From assembly GCA_963817425.1 (NCBI GenBank), contig CAWFOH010000010.1, positions 3,105-67,104 of the forward strand: a DNA stretch of 64,000 nucleotides. Reading direction: 5' to 3'. The position numbers and the translations under genes were made by a program. The DNA is from an uncultured Actinomycetota bacterium (GTDB lineage: Bacteria; Actinomycetota; Actinomycetes; Propionibacteriales; Nocardioidaceae). Shown in pieces: positions 41,546-50,713 of this stretch. Under the pieces are notes generated by a model. That model did no database searches. It was not told the DNA's origin and was given only the letters and a program-made list of their open reading frames with translations. Every line of letters starts with the position of its first letter. The stretch's first letter is position 1.

Positions 41546-43458
41546 TGACCGATCAGCCGCGCCGTTCACGGGCGATTCACGTCGATGCCGAAGCCGAGTA
41601 TGCGGCCAATCCCGAATGGGACGGGACGGGCCGGCTCAAGCTGAGCTTCACACCCGCTGGGCGCGACGTACGCGTGCCGCCGGCGGTGACGGTCTTCGAT
41701 GCCGCGAGCTGGAACGGCATCGCGATCGACTCGACGTGCGGCGGTCACGGCACGTGCAAGAAGTGCAAGGTCAAGATCCTGGACGGCACGATCCCGGTGT
41801 CGCCGATGGACCAGCGCGCGTTCCGGCCCGACGAGCTCGACGACGGCTGGCGTCTCGCGTGCCTGGCCTCGGTGCACACCGACCTCAAGATCGAGATCCC
41901 GCCGCTGACCACTCGGCCCAAGGCCGCCACGGTCGGCGTCGGGCGGCAGGTCATCCTGCGGCCGGCCATCATGAAGCGCTACGTCGAGCTCTCCGAGCCG
42001 TCGCTGCACGACCAGGTGCCGGACGTCGAACGCCTGCTGGCCGCGATCGACGACCTCGAGCTCAAGGTGGACCTGCACGCCCTGCGCCGCATACCGTCGG
42101 TCATTCGCGCCGCTGGTTGGAAGGTCACCGCCGTCATCGTCGACGAGCTGCTCATCGATGTCGAGCCCGGCGACACGACCGAGACCCACCACGCCATCGC
42201 GTTCGACCTCGGCACGACGACCGTCGTGGCGACCCTGCTCGACACTTCCATCGGTACGCCGGTAGCCGTCGCATCGATGCTCAACAAGCAGCAGCCCTTC
42301 GGTGGTGACGTCATCACCAGGATCAGCGCGACGATGATGGATCCCGACACGCTGCCGCGGCTCACCGAGCTCGCGAAGGACACCCTGGCCGAGCTGACCG
42401 GCAACGTCTGCGCCGAGGCCGGCATCGAGCCGACCCAGATCTACGAGATGGCGCTCGCCGGCAACGCGACGATGGTCGCCCTGCTGCTGGGCATCGACCC
42501 CGAGCCGATCGGCGTCGCACCGTTCATCCTCAGCTCTCGCCTCACCCCGACCGTCAGTGCCGCCGATCTCGGCGTCCCCATCCACCCGGCGGCTCCGGCG
42601 TACGTGCTGCCGTCGCTCGGCGCCTACGTCGGTGGCGACATCGTGGCCGGCACGCTGGCGTCGGGCATGGACCGCGACAAGCGACTGCGGCTGTTCATCG
42701 ACGTCGGCACCAACTGCGAGATCGTCCTGGGCGACGGTGACCGTCTGCTGTCGACGGCGGCGCCGGCCGGTCCCGCGTTCGAGGGCGGCCAGATCCGCTG
42801 CGGCATGCGTGCGGCCGATGGCGCCATCGAGGTCGTGTCGCTGACCGAGGACGACGTCGTCCTGCAGGTGATCGGCGATGTCGCGCCCATCGGCTTGTGT
42901 GGTTCGGGCCTCGTCGACGCGGTGTCGGAGCTCGTACGAGCAGGGTTGCTCGACCGCAGCGGCCGCTTCATCACCGAAGAGGCCGCCCAGGAGCTCCTGC
43001 CCAAGCTGGCCGGCCGCCTGACCAAGATCGGCGAGGAGCGCATCTTCGTCCTGCACTGGGCCGGCGTGGAGGGCGACGTCAGCCAGTCGACCTACATCTC
43101 CCAGCGCGACGTGCGTGAGCTGCAGTTCGCCAAGGCAGCCATCTCGACCGGCTGGACGTTGCTGCTCGAGGAGATGGGCGTGACCGAGGACGATGTGCAG
43201 CAGGTCCTGCTCGCCGGCTCGTTCGGTTCCTACCTGTCCCCGGCCAGCGCGATCCGGATCGGCCTGGTGCCCAAGCTCCCGGTGCTGCGCATCGTCAGCG
43301 CCGGCAACGTTGCCGGTGAGGGTGCCAAGATGACGTTGCTGAGCCAGGCCGAACGCGCGGGCGCCGAGGCGTTGCTGAAGGAGGTGGCCTATGTCGAGCT
43401 CTCCGATCGCAAGGACTTCAACGACCGGTTCGTCGACCTCCTCGCCTTCCCTGGATAG
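41545..43458 (+). CDS. ASKHA-family ATP-dependent corrinoid reductive activator (RACE/RamA-like, N-terminal 2Fe-2S)
   Basis: CGGHGTCKKC...RLAC ferredoxin; DLGTTT, GGDVITRI, DVGTNCE, AGPAFEG, GLCGSG, AGSFG. Confidence 0.92.
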   Translation: MTDQPRRSRAIHVDAEAEYAANPEWDGTGRLKLSFTPAGRDVRVPPAVTVFDAASWNGIAIDSTCGGHGTCKKCKVKILDGTIPVSPMDQRAFRPDELDDGWRLACLASVHTDLKIEIPPLTTRPKAATVGVGRQVILRPAIMKRYVELSEPSLHDQVPDVERLLAAIDDLELKVDLHALRRIPSVIRAAGWKVTAVIVDELLIDVEPGDTTETHHAIAFDLGTTTVVATLLDTSIGTPVAVASMLNKQQPFGGDVITRISATMMDPDTLPRLTELAKDTLAELTGNVCAEAGIEPTQIYEMALAGNATMVALLLGIDPEPIGVAPFILSSRLTPTVSAADLGVPIHPAAPAYVLPSLGAYVGGDIVAGTLASGMDRDKRLRLFIDVGTNCEIVLGDGDRLLSTAAPAGPAFEGGQIRCGMRAADGAIEVVSLTEDDVVLQVIGDVAPIGLCGSGLVDAVSELVRAGLLDRSGRFITEEAAQELLPKLAGRLTKIGEERIFVLHWAGVEGDVSQSTYISQRDVRELQFAKAAISTGWTLLLEEMGVTEDDVQQVLLAGSFGSYLSPASAIRIGLVPKLPVLRIVSAGNVAGEGAKMTLLSQAERAGAEALLKEVAYVELSDRKDFNDRFVDLLAFPG

Positions 43459-44059
43459 CAGAGTCCTGGATAACGCGCGGTTCGCGGTCATCGCCTGTGG
43501 GGCGATCGCGCAGCCGATCTCCGAGGTCGTGGAGCGGCACGGCTGGTCCGTTGACATCCATCCGCTGCCGCCGCTGCTGCACAACCATCCCGAGCAGATC
43601 GCCGGCGAGGTCGAACCCCTCGTGGTGGCGCTGAGCGGCTCGTACGACACCGTCGCGATCGCCTATGCCGACTGCGGGACGTACGGCGCGCTCGACGAGG
43701 TGTGCGCCCGTCACGGCGTGCGACGACTCGAGGGGCTGCACTGCTACGACGTCTACGGGGGAGCGGAGCGCATGCGCTCGATGCTCGAGCAGCAGCCCGG
43801 GACATACGTGCTGACCGACTTCCTGGTGAAGTCGTTTCGGCGCACCGTGATCCAAGAGCTCGGGTTGGATCGCCACCCCGAGCTGCGCGACGACTACTTC
43901 CGCCACTACACCCGCGTGGTGTGGCTGGCGCAGGATCCCGACGACGAGCTGCAGCACCTTGCTGAGGATGCGGCCGCGGTGCTCGGCCTGCCTCTCACGG
44001 TGCTCGACGTCGGCCTGCAAGGCCTGGACGACTCGATGCGCGAGCTGCTGGAGCTCTAG
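43451..44059 (+). CDS. DUF1638-family protein (corrinoid-associated)
   Basis: IACGA, LHNHPEQI, YADCGT, HCYD, YVLTDFL, LGLDRHPELRDDYF; start codon uncertain. Confidence 0.8.
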   Translation: MDSRVLDNARFAVIACGAIAQPISEVVERHGWSVDIHPLPPLLHNHPEQIAGEVEPLVVALSGSYDTVAIAYADCGTYGALDEVCARHGVRRLEGLHCYDVYGGAERMRSMLEQQPGTYVLTDFLVKSFRRTVIQELGLDRHPELRDDYFRHYTRVVWLAQDPDDELQHLAEDAAAVLGLPLTVLDVGLQGLDDSMRELLEL

Positions 44060-44096
44060 ACCATCAGGTGTCGGTGCCGGTTCCTAGACTGGTGCC

Positions 44097-44891
44097 ATGA
44101 CGATCTCCATCGGAGCACACGTCGCCCAGGACGACCCGATCGCCGAGGCGCGGGCCCGCGACACGACATTGGTGCAGTTCTTCCTCGGTGATCCCCAGGG
44201 CTACAAGGGTCCCGAGGTGCGCTATCGCGGAGGGGCTGAGGGCCTGCGGGCCGACGCGGAGGCGGCCGGGGTCGACCTCTACGTCCATGCTCCCTACATC
44301 GTCAACGTCGCGACGACCAACAACCGCATCCGCATACCCAGCCGCAAGCTCCTCCAGCAGCACGTCGATGCCGCCGCCGAGATCGGCGCCAAGGGCCTCA
44401 TCGTCCACGGTGGCCACGTCAACAAGGGCGATGACCCGGCGATCGGCTTCGACAACTGGCGCAAGGCGGTCGAGGCGACCGATCTCAAGCTGCCGATCCT
44501 GATCGAGAACACCGCAGGTGGTGACAACGCGATGACCCGTCATCTCGACCGCATCGAGGGCGTGTGGGCGGCGATCTCCGCCGCCGACGGCGCCGAGCAG
44601 GTCGGATTCTGCCTCGACACCTGTCACGCCTGGGCCAGCGGCATCCCCCTGGCCGACGCTGTCGAGCAGATCCGCGCGATCACCGGACGGATCGACCTCG
44701 TGCACGCCAACGACAGCCGCGACGCGTTCGGGTCCGGTGCTGACCGGCACACCAACTTCGGCAACGGCGAGCTCGACGCCGACGAGCTCGCCGGCGTCAT
44801 ACGCTCGGCGGCCGCACCGGTGATCTGCGAGACGCCAGGTGGCCCGGCCGAGCACCAGGCAGATTTCGCCTGGCTGCGCGATCGCCTCTGA
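44097..44891 (+). CDS. nfo: Endonuclease IV (AP endonuclease)
   Basis: IGAHV, VHAPYIVN, VHGG, ENTAGG, CLDTCH, HANDS, DRH, ET. Confidence 0.9.
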   Translation: MTISIGAHVAQDDPIAEARARDTTLVQFFLGDPQGYKGPEVRYRGGAEGLRADAEAAGVDLYVHAPYIVNVATTNNRIRIPSRKLLQQHVDAAAEIGAKGLIVHGGHVNKGDDPAIGFDNWRKAVEATDLKLPILIENTAGGDNAMTRHLDRIEGVWAAISAADGAEQVGFCLDTCHAWASGIPLADAVEQIRAITGRIDLVHANDSRDAFGSGADRHTNFGNGELDADELAGVIRSAAAPVICETPGGPAEHQADFAWLRDRL

Positions 44892-44897
44892 GCCGGT

Positions 44898-45762
44898 CTA
44901 GCCTTTGGCGGCGCTGTGCGAGTCGAGCTCGGCGAGCAGGCCCTCGCGCCACGCGTGAGTCTCGGCGACCTGGTTGAACGTGAAGAGATGCAGGCCCTCG
45001 ACGTGCGACGCGGCTTCGCGCGTCGTCGGCGAGATCCGCTCGATGAAGCGCTCGGGGCTGTAGCCGCCCGGCGTGGCGATCCGCGCGAAGACGGACTTGT
45101 TCTTGGCCAGGAAGCGAGCCGACTCGCTCACGCCGATCTTGGTCGCCATCGACAGCAGCTTGGTGCGCTCGACTGGGCCGGGCATGCCGATCAGCAGCGG
45201 CATGACGGCTCCACGCGACCTGACCCGCTTGACCCAGGTGCTGACGACCGCCGGGTCGAAGCACAGATTGCTCACGAGGTTGGTGGCGTGCTCTCGCTTG
45301 TCCCACATCGCCTGCACGGTGATGTCGTCGTTGATCGTCGGATGCGACTCCGGGTAGCCCGTCACGCCAACGTGCGCGAACGGTCGGCCCATGTCGCTGA
45401 GATCGCGGAGCAGGTCGACGGATCCTGCGTACGACCCCGCGGGTTCGGCGTCTCCGGCTGGCACGAAGACGCTGTCGATCCCGCTCTCGAGGAGTCGCGC
45501 CACGATCTCCTCGAGCTCGGTGCGCCCGCTGATCATGCGCGCCGCGAGGTGGGGGACCGCGTGATAGCCGTGCCCGACGAGCCGCTCGGCCAGGTCGAGC
45601 GTCGCGGGCAGCCCCTTGCCGATCGAGGCGGTCACCGTGAACGTATGGCCGTGGCGGAACCGAGGCGACGATCTTCTCCTCGATCGTCGCTGTGGGCAGC
45701 ACCTCGTAGCGTGCGTTCGTCAGGAGCCGACGCATCTCTGTCTTTGTCGCAGCGTTGCGCAT
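44898..45762 (-). CDS. metF: Methylenetetrahydrofolate reductase family protein (MetF-like), frameshift near 45654
   Basis: YEVLP, VTAS..KG, VPHLAARMI, FVPAGD, GYPESHP, SNLCFD, HLFTFNQ; start 45762 or 45735. Confidence 0.8.
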
Positions 45763-45789
45763 TATGCAACTCGTTTCGTGATACGCACC
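45754..45789. promoter_or_regulatory. Tandem 17-bp operator, copy 4 (metF)
   Basis: GTTGCG-CATTA-TGCAAC-tc-GTTTCG-TGATA-CGCACC. Confidence 0.7.
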
Positions 45790-45890
45790 AAGGGCTTTCA
45801 GCGTACCGGCGCGTGCACCCCGCGACAAGAGTCGCGAGGCTCGCATCTAGGGTGACTTCTGGGAATGGTCGGACGAGCCCGGGAGCGCAC

Positions 45891-46871
45891 ATGGACACAC
45901 GGATGATGGGCCGCACAGGACGCGAGGTCTCGGTCGTCGGACTCGGGACGTGGCAGCTCGGCGCCGACTGGGGCGACGTGACCCACGACGAGGCGATCGC
46001 GGTGCTCGACAGCGCGACCGACGCCGGCGTGACGTTCTTCGACACCGCCGACGTCTACGGCGACGGCCGCAGTGAGCAGCTGATCGGCGAGTACCTGCGT
46101 GCGCGGCCCGAGCTCGATGTCTTCGTCGCCACCAAGATGGGCCGCCGGGCCGAGCAGGACCCCGCGAACTTCACGCTCGACAACTTCCGCGCCTGGACCG
46201 AACGCTCCCGGACCAACCTCGGCGTCGACACGCTCGACCTCGTCCAGCTGCACTGCCCGCCGACTCCCGTGTTCTCCAGCGATGAGGTCTACGACGCGCT
46301 CGACCTGCTGGTGCAGGAGAAGGTGATGTCGGCGTACGGCGTCAGCGTCGAGACCGTCGACGAGGCGCTGACCGCGATCGCCCGGCCCAACGTCGCGAGC
46401 GTCCAGATCATCTTCAACGCGTTCCGGCTCAAGCCGATCGACGAGGTGCTGCCGGCGGCCAAGGAGGCCGGCGTCGGCATCATCGCGCGGGTCCCGCTCG
46501 CATCCGGTCTGCTGTCGGGTCGCTACACGACCAGCACGACATTCGCTCCGGACGATCACCGCACCTACAACCGGTCGGGCGAGTCGTTCGACGTGGGCGA
46601 GACGTTCTCCGGTGTCGACTTCGAGACCGGCGTACGCGCTGCGCAGGAGTTCTCGGCGGCCGTCCCCGACGGCGTGCACCCCGCGCAGGCGGCGATCGCG
46701 TGGATCCTGGCGCAGGACGGTGTCACGGCCGCGATCCCCGGTGCACGCAACGTCAGCCAGTCGCGCTCCAACGCGGCGGCGGCTGACGTGGCACTCCCGG
46801 ACGGTTTCGATGCGACGGTGCACGACATCTACGACCACAACCTGCGCGAGGCGATCCACCCCCGCTGGTAG
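45891..46871 (+). CDS. Aldo/keto reductase
   Basis: VGLGTWQLG, FDTADVYGDG, ATK, DLVQLH, RVPLASGLL, IPGARN. Confidence 0.92.
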   Translation: MDTRMMGRTGREVSVVGLGTWQLGADWGDVTHDEAIAVLDSATDAGVTFFDTADVYGDGRSEQLIGEYLRARPELDVFVATKMGRRAEQDPANFTLDNFRAWTERSRTNLGVDTLDLVQLHCPPTPVFSSDEVYDALDLLVQEKVMSAYGVSVETVDEALTAIARPNVASVQIIFNAFRLKPIDEVLPAAKEAGVGIIARVPLASGLLSGRYTTSTTFAPDDHRTYNRSGESFDVGETFSGVDFETGVRAAQEFSAAVPDGVHPAQAAIAWILAQDGVTAAIPGARNVSQSRSNAAAADVALPDGFDATVHDIYDHNLREAIHPRW

Positions 46872-46911
46872 CCAGACAGGGTCTTGGTCCGCCGAACCTA
46901 GGAGTCGTGTG

Positions 46912-47689
46912 ATGTTCAGCCGGTATGTCGCGATCGGCGACAGTCTCACCGAGGGCCTGGGCGACACCCCATGGCCGGGAGATGTGCCGCGAGGATGGGC
47001 TGACCGACTCGCGCAGCACCTGACGGAGCACGCAGGCCACCCGATCGGCTACGCGAATCTCGCGGTCCGCGGGCAGAAGGCTGCGCAAGTGCGCGATTCG
47101 CAGCTCCCCGCAGCGCTCGACGCGCGCCCTGACCTCGTCACGATCACGGCAGGCATGAATGACCTCATGCGCGTCAACGTCGACCTCGACGCCGTGGGTC
47201 ACGACCTCGACGACATGGCTCGCCGACTGGCCGACGGAGGACGTCGTCACAGTCCTGGTCCCGCTGCCGGACATGACCGGGCTCCTGCCGATCGGCGCGC
47301 GGCTGAAGGGCCGCATCGATGCGTTCAACGGCACGCTGGCCGACGTGGCGGGTCGACGAGGGGCGCTGCTCGCACCGCTTCCGCCGCCACAGGTGTTCGG
47401 CCGTCCTGAGGCGTGGAGCAGCGACCGCCTCCACCTCTCACCAGTGGGTCACAGTCGGTTCGCGCTGGGGATGCTGCAGACGCTGGGGCTGCCCACGCCG
47501 TCTCCATGGGACGAGCCCTTGGCCGCGGGACTGCGGCCGCGCCCTGTCGAACGCGCTGTCGGCGAGCTGCGATGGTGGGCGGGCTTCGCAGGTCCTTGGA
47601 TCGGCCGACGCCTGACCGGCCGCTCATCCGGCGACGGCCGGACCGGCAAACGCCTCGACCTCACACCGTGGACCGACGCATCGGACTAG
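46912..47689 (+). CDS. SGNH/GDSL hydrolase (frameshift near 47235)
   Basis: IGDSLTEG, NLAVRG, GMND, DRLH across two frames. Confidence 0.85.
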
Positions 47690-47711
47690 GCTGGCGCGCA
47701 GTGAGGTGAGG

Positions 47712-48030
47712 ATGGACGCGGAGGCTCGATTCGACGAGATCGTCGAGGACCTGGCGCCTCGTGGTGTCCTGCCCGGAGCGATGTTCGGGGCCCGCTCGCT
47801 GACTCTGGACGGGCACGGCGTTCGCGTGCCTCAAGAACGACCAGCTCGCGGTCAAGCTCGGCGCGGGCACTCCAGCGCATACCGAAGCGCTCGAGCTCGC
47901 CGGCGCGTCGCTGTTCGACCCGTCCGGCAAGGGCCGGCCGTTCAAGCGACTGGGTCGCCGTGCCGGTCGCGGAGTCGACGAGTGGGGACGCCTGGCCGCG
48001 GCCGGGCTCGATGCGCTGGGTGGACGCTGA
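47712..48030 (+). CDS. Small hypothetical protein (TfoX/YjbR-like), frameshifted
   Basis: MFG..L, LAVKL, FDPSGKGRPFK.WV reconstructed across frames. Confidence 0.55.
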
Positions 48031-48482
48031 TGATCTTCTCGTCGCCCGATCCGGCGAGTGATCCCTACTTCGCCGGGGCGTTGCTGCAGCTGCAGAGAAC
48101 CGCGTACGCGTTGGAGGCCGAGCTGATCGGCGACGACCGCATTCCGCCGCTGCAGCAGGACGAGGTCGACCTCACGGCCTGGCGAGGTCGCTGGCTCACG
48201 GCGTGGGACGGCGTCGACCTGGTCGGGGCGATCGCGTGGTGGGAGAGCGACGAGCAGGTCGAGATCGAGAAGGTCATGGTCCGCCCCACCGCGATGCGCC
48301 GCGGCATCGCCAGTGCGCTGCTCGGCGAGGTGCTCGACCGCGCATCAGGTCGCGAGATCCTGGTCGCCACCGGTCGTGCCAACACGCCCGCCGTCGCGCT
48401 CTATGCCAAGCACGGGTTCCGCGTCGAGGGTGACGAGGAGGTCCCGCCCGGGATCTGGATCACCCGCCTGCGCCGGGCATAG
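48030..48482 (+). CDS. GNAT N-acetyltransferase
   Basis: MRRGIASALL, NTPAVALYAKHGF. Confidence 0.85.
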   Translation: MIFSSPDPASDPYFAGALLQLQRTAYALEAELIGDDRIPPLQQDEVDLTAWRGRWLTAWDGVDLVGAIAWWESDEQVEIEKVMVRPTAMRRGIASALLGEVLDRASGREILVATGRANTPAVALYAKHGFRVEGDEEVPPGIWITRLRRA

Positions 48483-48491
48483 AGACTGGGC

Positions 48492-48878
48492 TCAGCTCTG
48501 GAGGATGCGCATCGCGGCCCAGGTCTCGTCGAGGGCGATGCTCTCGACAGCGCTCCAGCCGTAGTCGCCGATCAGATCCTGCAGCGTGTCCTCGTCGAGG
48601 TCGGAGTGACCGTTGACGGGATAGGTGATCCAGACGATCGGGATCGAGCCGAGCTGGGGGAGCACCTCGTCGAAGTCCTCGGCCAGCGCCGCGCGGTTGT
48701 CGCTGACCATGATGGCGGCGTCGACGTTCTCGGGCTCGTCCTCGTCGCGCTCCTCGATCATCTCGGCGCCCTCGGGCATCGGGTCGAGCAAGGAGGTCTC
48801 CTCGACGCTCGCGCCGATGATCCACACGACGAATCCGTCGCCGATGCGGAGCTTCTCGGCGTTGGTCGTCTCGGTCAT
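48492..48878 (-). CDS. Acidic hypothetical protein (DUF3052-like)
   Basis: AEKLRI, VWITYP, DETWAAMR. Confidence 0.6.
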   Translation of the reverse strand: MTETTNAEKLRIGDGFVVWIIGASVEETSLLDPMPEGAEMIEERDEDEPENVDAAIMVSDNRAALAEDFDEVLPQLGSIPIVWITYPVNGHSDLDEDTLQDLIGDYGWSAVESIALDETWAAMRILQS

Positions 48879-48882
48879 ACCT

Positions 48883-49599
48883 TCATCCTATGTGGGTCCT
48901 GCGCACGGCCGTGATGTCGCGGATCGTCCGGCCCACGCCGAGGCCCTTGCCCTCGAACCGGGTCTGCGGCCGCCCCTCGAAGCGCGGTCCGAAGTCGCCG
49001 CCGTCGAAGTCGGGCGACTCCGTGATGACCGACCGGATCTGCTCGGCGTAGTCCTCCCAGTCCGTCGCGAGCCGCCACGCGCCGCCGGGCTCGAGCGCGC
49101 GAGCGGCGAGCCGGGCGAACTCCGGCGTGACGAGTCGGCGCTTGTGGTGACGCTTCTTGTGCCACGGATCGGGGAACCACACGCGCAGCTCGTGGACGGA
49201 TCCGGGCGACAGCATCGTGGTGAGCGCCTCCGCCGCGTTGACGACCGCGAGGCGTACGTTCGTGACGCCGGTGTGGCGGATCGTCACGAGCGTCTGCGCA
49301 ACCCCCGGCACGTAGACCTCAAGGCCCAGGAAATCGAGCTCGGGGTGGTCCGCCGCGGCCTGCACGATCGCCTCGCCACGTCCGCTTCCGATCTCGACGA
49401 CAAGGGGTGCGGACCGGCCGAAGACCCGATGAGTGTCGAGGACGTGCGCCGGGTCGACCGACGTGCTCGGGCCGTGCCGAGGGAGGTCCAGCACGTGCGT
49501 CGCGGACAGCTCGTCCCAAGCACTCTGCTGGCGCTCGGTCAGTCGCCCGCCGCGTCGGGTGAACGAGACCGGCTCGGTTCTGTACGGCGTCGGCTCCAC
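48883..49599 (-). CDS. trmB: tRNA (guanine-N7)-methyltransferase
   Basis: VEIGSGRG, FPDPWHKKRHHKRRL, ATDWEDY, TRFE. Confidence 0.95.
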   Translation of the reverse strand: MEPTPYRTEPVSFTRRGGRLTERQQSAWDELSATHVLDLPRHGPSTSVDPAHVLDTHRVFGRSAPLVVEIGSGRGEAIVQAAADHPELDFLGLEVYVPGVAQTLVTIRHTGVTNVRLAVVNAAEALTTMLSPGSVHELRVWFPDPWHKKRHHKRRLVTPEFARLAARALEPGGAWRLATDWEDYAEQIRSVITESPDFDGGDFGPRFEGRPQTRFEGKGLGVGRTIRDITAVRRTHIG

Positions 49600-49617
49600 T
49601 CGCGCTAGCGTAGACGC

Positions 49618-50136
49618 GTGGACATCGAACCTGACACCAAGGACTGGACCTGGGTGCTCGACCAACCGTGCCCCGAGTGTGGCCTGGCAGCCGGAGACGT
49701 ACCGCCCACGGAGATCGCCGATCGCGTGCAGGCCGACCTGCCGCACTGGTCCGCGGTGTTGGAGCGCCCCGATGCGCGGGAGCGGCCCGCGCCGGCGACG
49801 TGGTCGCCGACCGAGTACGCCTGCCACGTGCGCGACGTCCACACCCTGTTCGGCCAGCGGATCCAGCTCATGCTCGAGCAGGAGGCGCCACAGTTTGCCA
49901 ACTGGGACCAGGACGAGACCGCGATCGCCGACGACTACGCGTCGCAGGACGCGGCGACCGTTGCGGCCCAGCTCGTCGATGCCGGCGAAGGCATGATCAA
50001 GATCCTCCGCTCGGTCCCCGACGACGCGTGGGACCGCACTGGCTATCGCAGCAACGGCTCGGAGTTCACGATCGCCACGCTGGCGCAGTACTACCTCCAC
50101 GACATCGCTCACCACCTCCACGACATCCGGGGCTGA
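49618..50136 (+). CDS. DinB-family protein
   Basis: WSPTEYACHVRD, WDQD, HDIAHHLHD. Confidence 0.85.
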   Translation: MDIEPDTKDWTWVLDQPCPECGLAAGDVPPTEIADRVQADLPHWSAVLERPDARERPAPATWSPTEYACHVRDVHTLFGQRIQLMLEQEAPQFANWDQDETAIADDYASQDAATVAAQLVDAGEGMIKILRSVPDDAWDRTGYRSNGSEFTIATLAQYYLHDIAHHLHDIRG

Positions 50137-50137
50137 C

Positions 50138-50713
50138 ATGCCGCCGACCGCCGACTGGGACGCGATCGTACTGGCAGGAGGCCGTGGCTCGCGGCTCGGC
50201 GGCGTCGACAAGGCGGCGCTCGAGTTCGACGGCGAGACGCTGCTCGCCCGTACGCTCCGCGCTGTCGCGGGCGCCGAGCGGATCATCGTCGCCGGCGACC
50301 CGAGGCCGGTGCCCGAAGGCGCGATCGTGGTGCAGGAGGAGCCCCGATTCGCCGGGCCCGCCGCCGCGATCGGTGCGGCGATGGCAGAGGTCCGCGAGTC
50401 GTACGTCTTCCTGGTCGGCTGCGACCATCCCTACATCGCCGACGCCGTCGACCTGTTGCTCGACGAGGCATCGGGCGACGGCGCCATCGCGATCGACGGC
50501 GACGGCCGCCGCCAGTACCTCATGAGCGTCCTCGACGCGGCGGCGCTCAGGGCCTCGATCGCTGCCCAGGCGAACCTCGTCGACCTCTCCGTCCGGGCGC
50601 TGCTCGCCCCGCTGGAGCTCATGGAGATTCCGATTCCCCCACGGGCAGCGCTCGACATCGACACGTGGCACGATCAGGAGAAGGCGCTCGCAGAAGGGAA
50701 TCACGATGGCTGA
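50138..50713 (+). CDS. mobA: Molybdenum cofactor guanylyltransferase
   Basis: LAGGRGSRLGGVDK, GP, CD.P, DIDTW. Confidence 0.85.
   Translation: MPPTADWDAIVLAGGRGSRLGGVDKAALEFDGETLLARTLRAVAGAERIIVAGDPRPVPEGAIVVQEEPRFAGPAAAIGAAMAEVRESYVFLVGCDHPYIADAVDLLLDEASGDGAIAIDGDGRRQYLMSVLDAAALRASIAAQANLVDLSVRALLAPLELMEIPIPPRAALDIDTWHDQEKALAEGNHDG

Noticed and set aside
41566-43650. Long antisense ORFs (694 aa here; also 18535-20184, 27610-29067 and others)
   Set aside because: Shadow frames of high-GC genes with no recognisable motifs.
44916-45890. Long N-terminal extensions in the ORF track (AKR 651 aa, purU 602 aa, TetR 630 aa, ABC ATPase 779 aa, trmB 467 aa) suggesting fusions
   Set aside because: The extensions overlap real genes in other frames or strands; true starts lie downstream.
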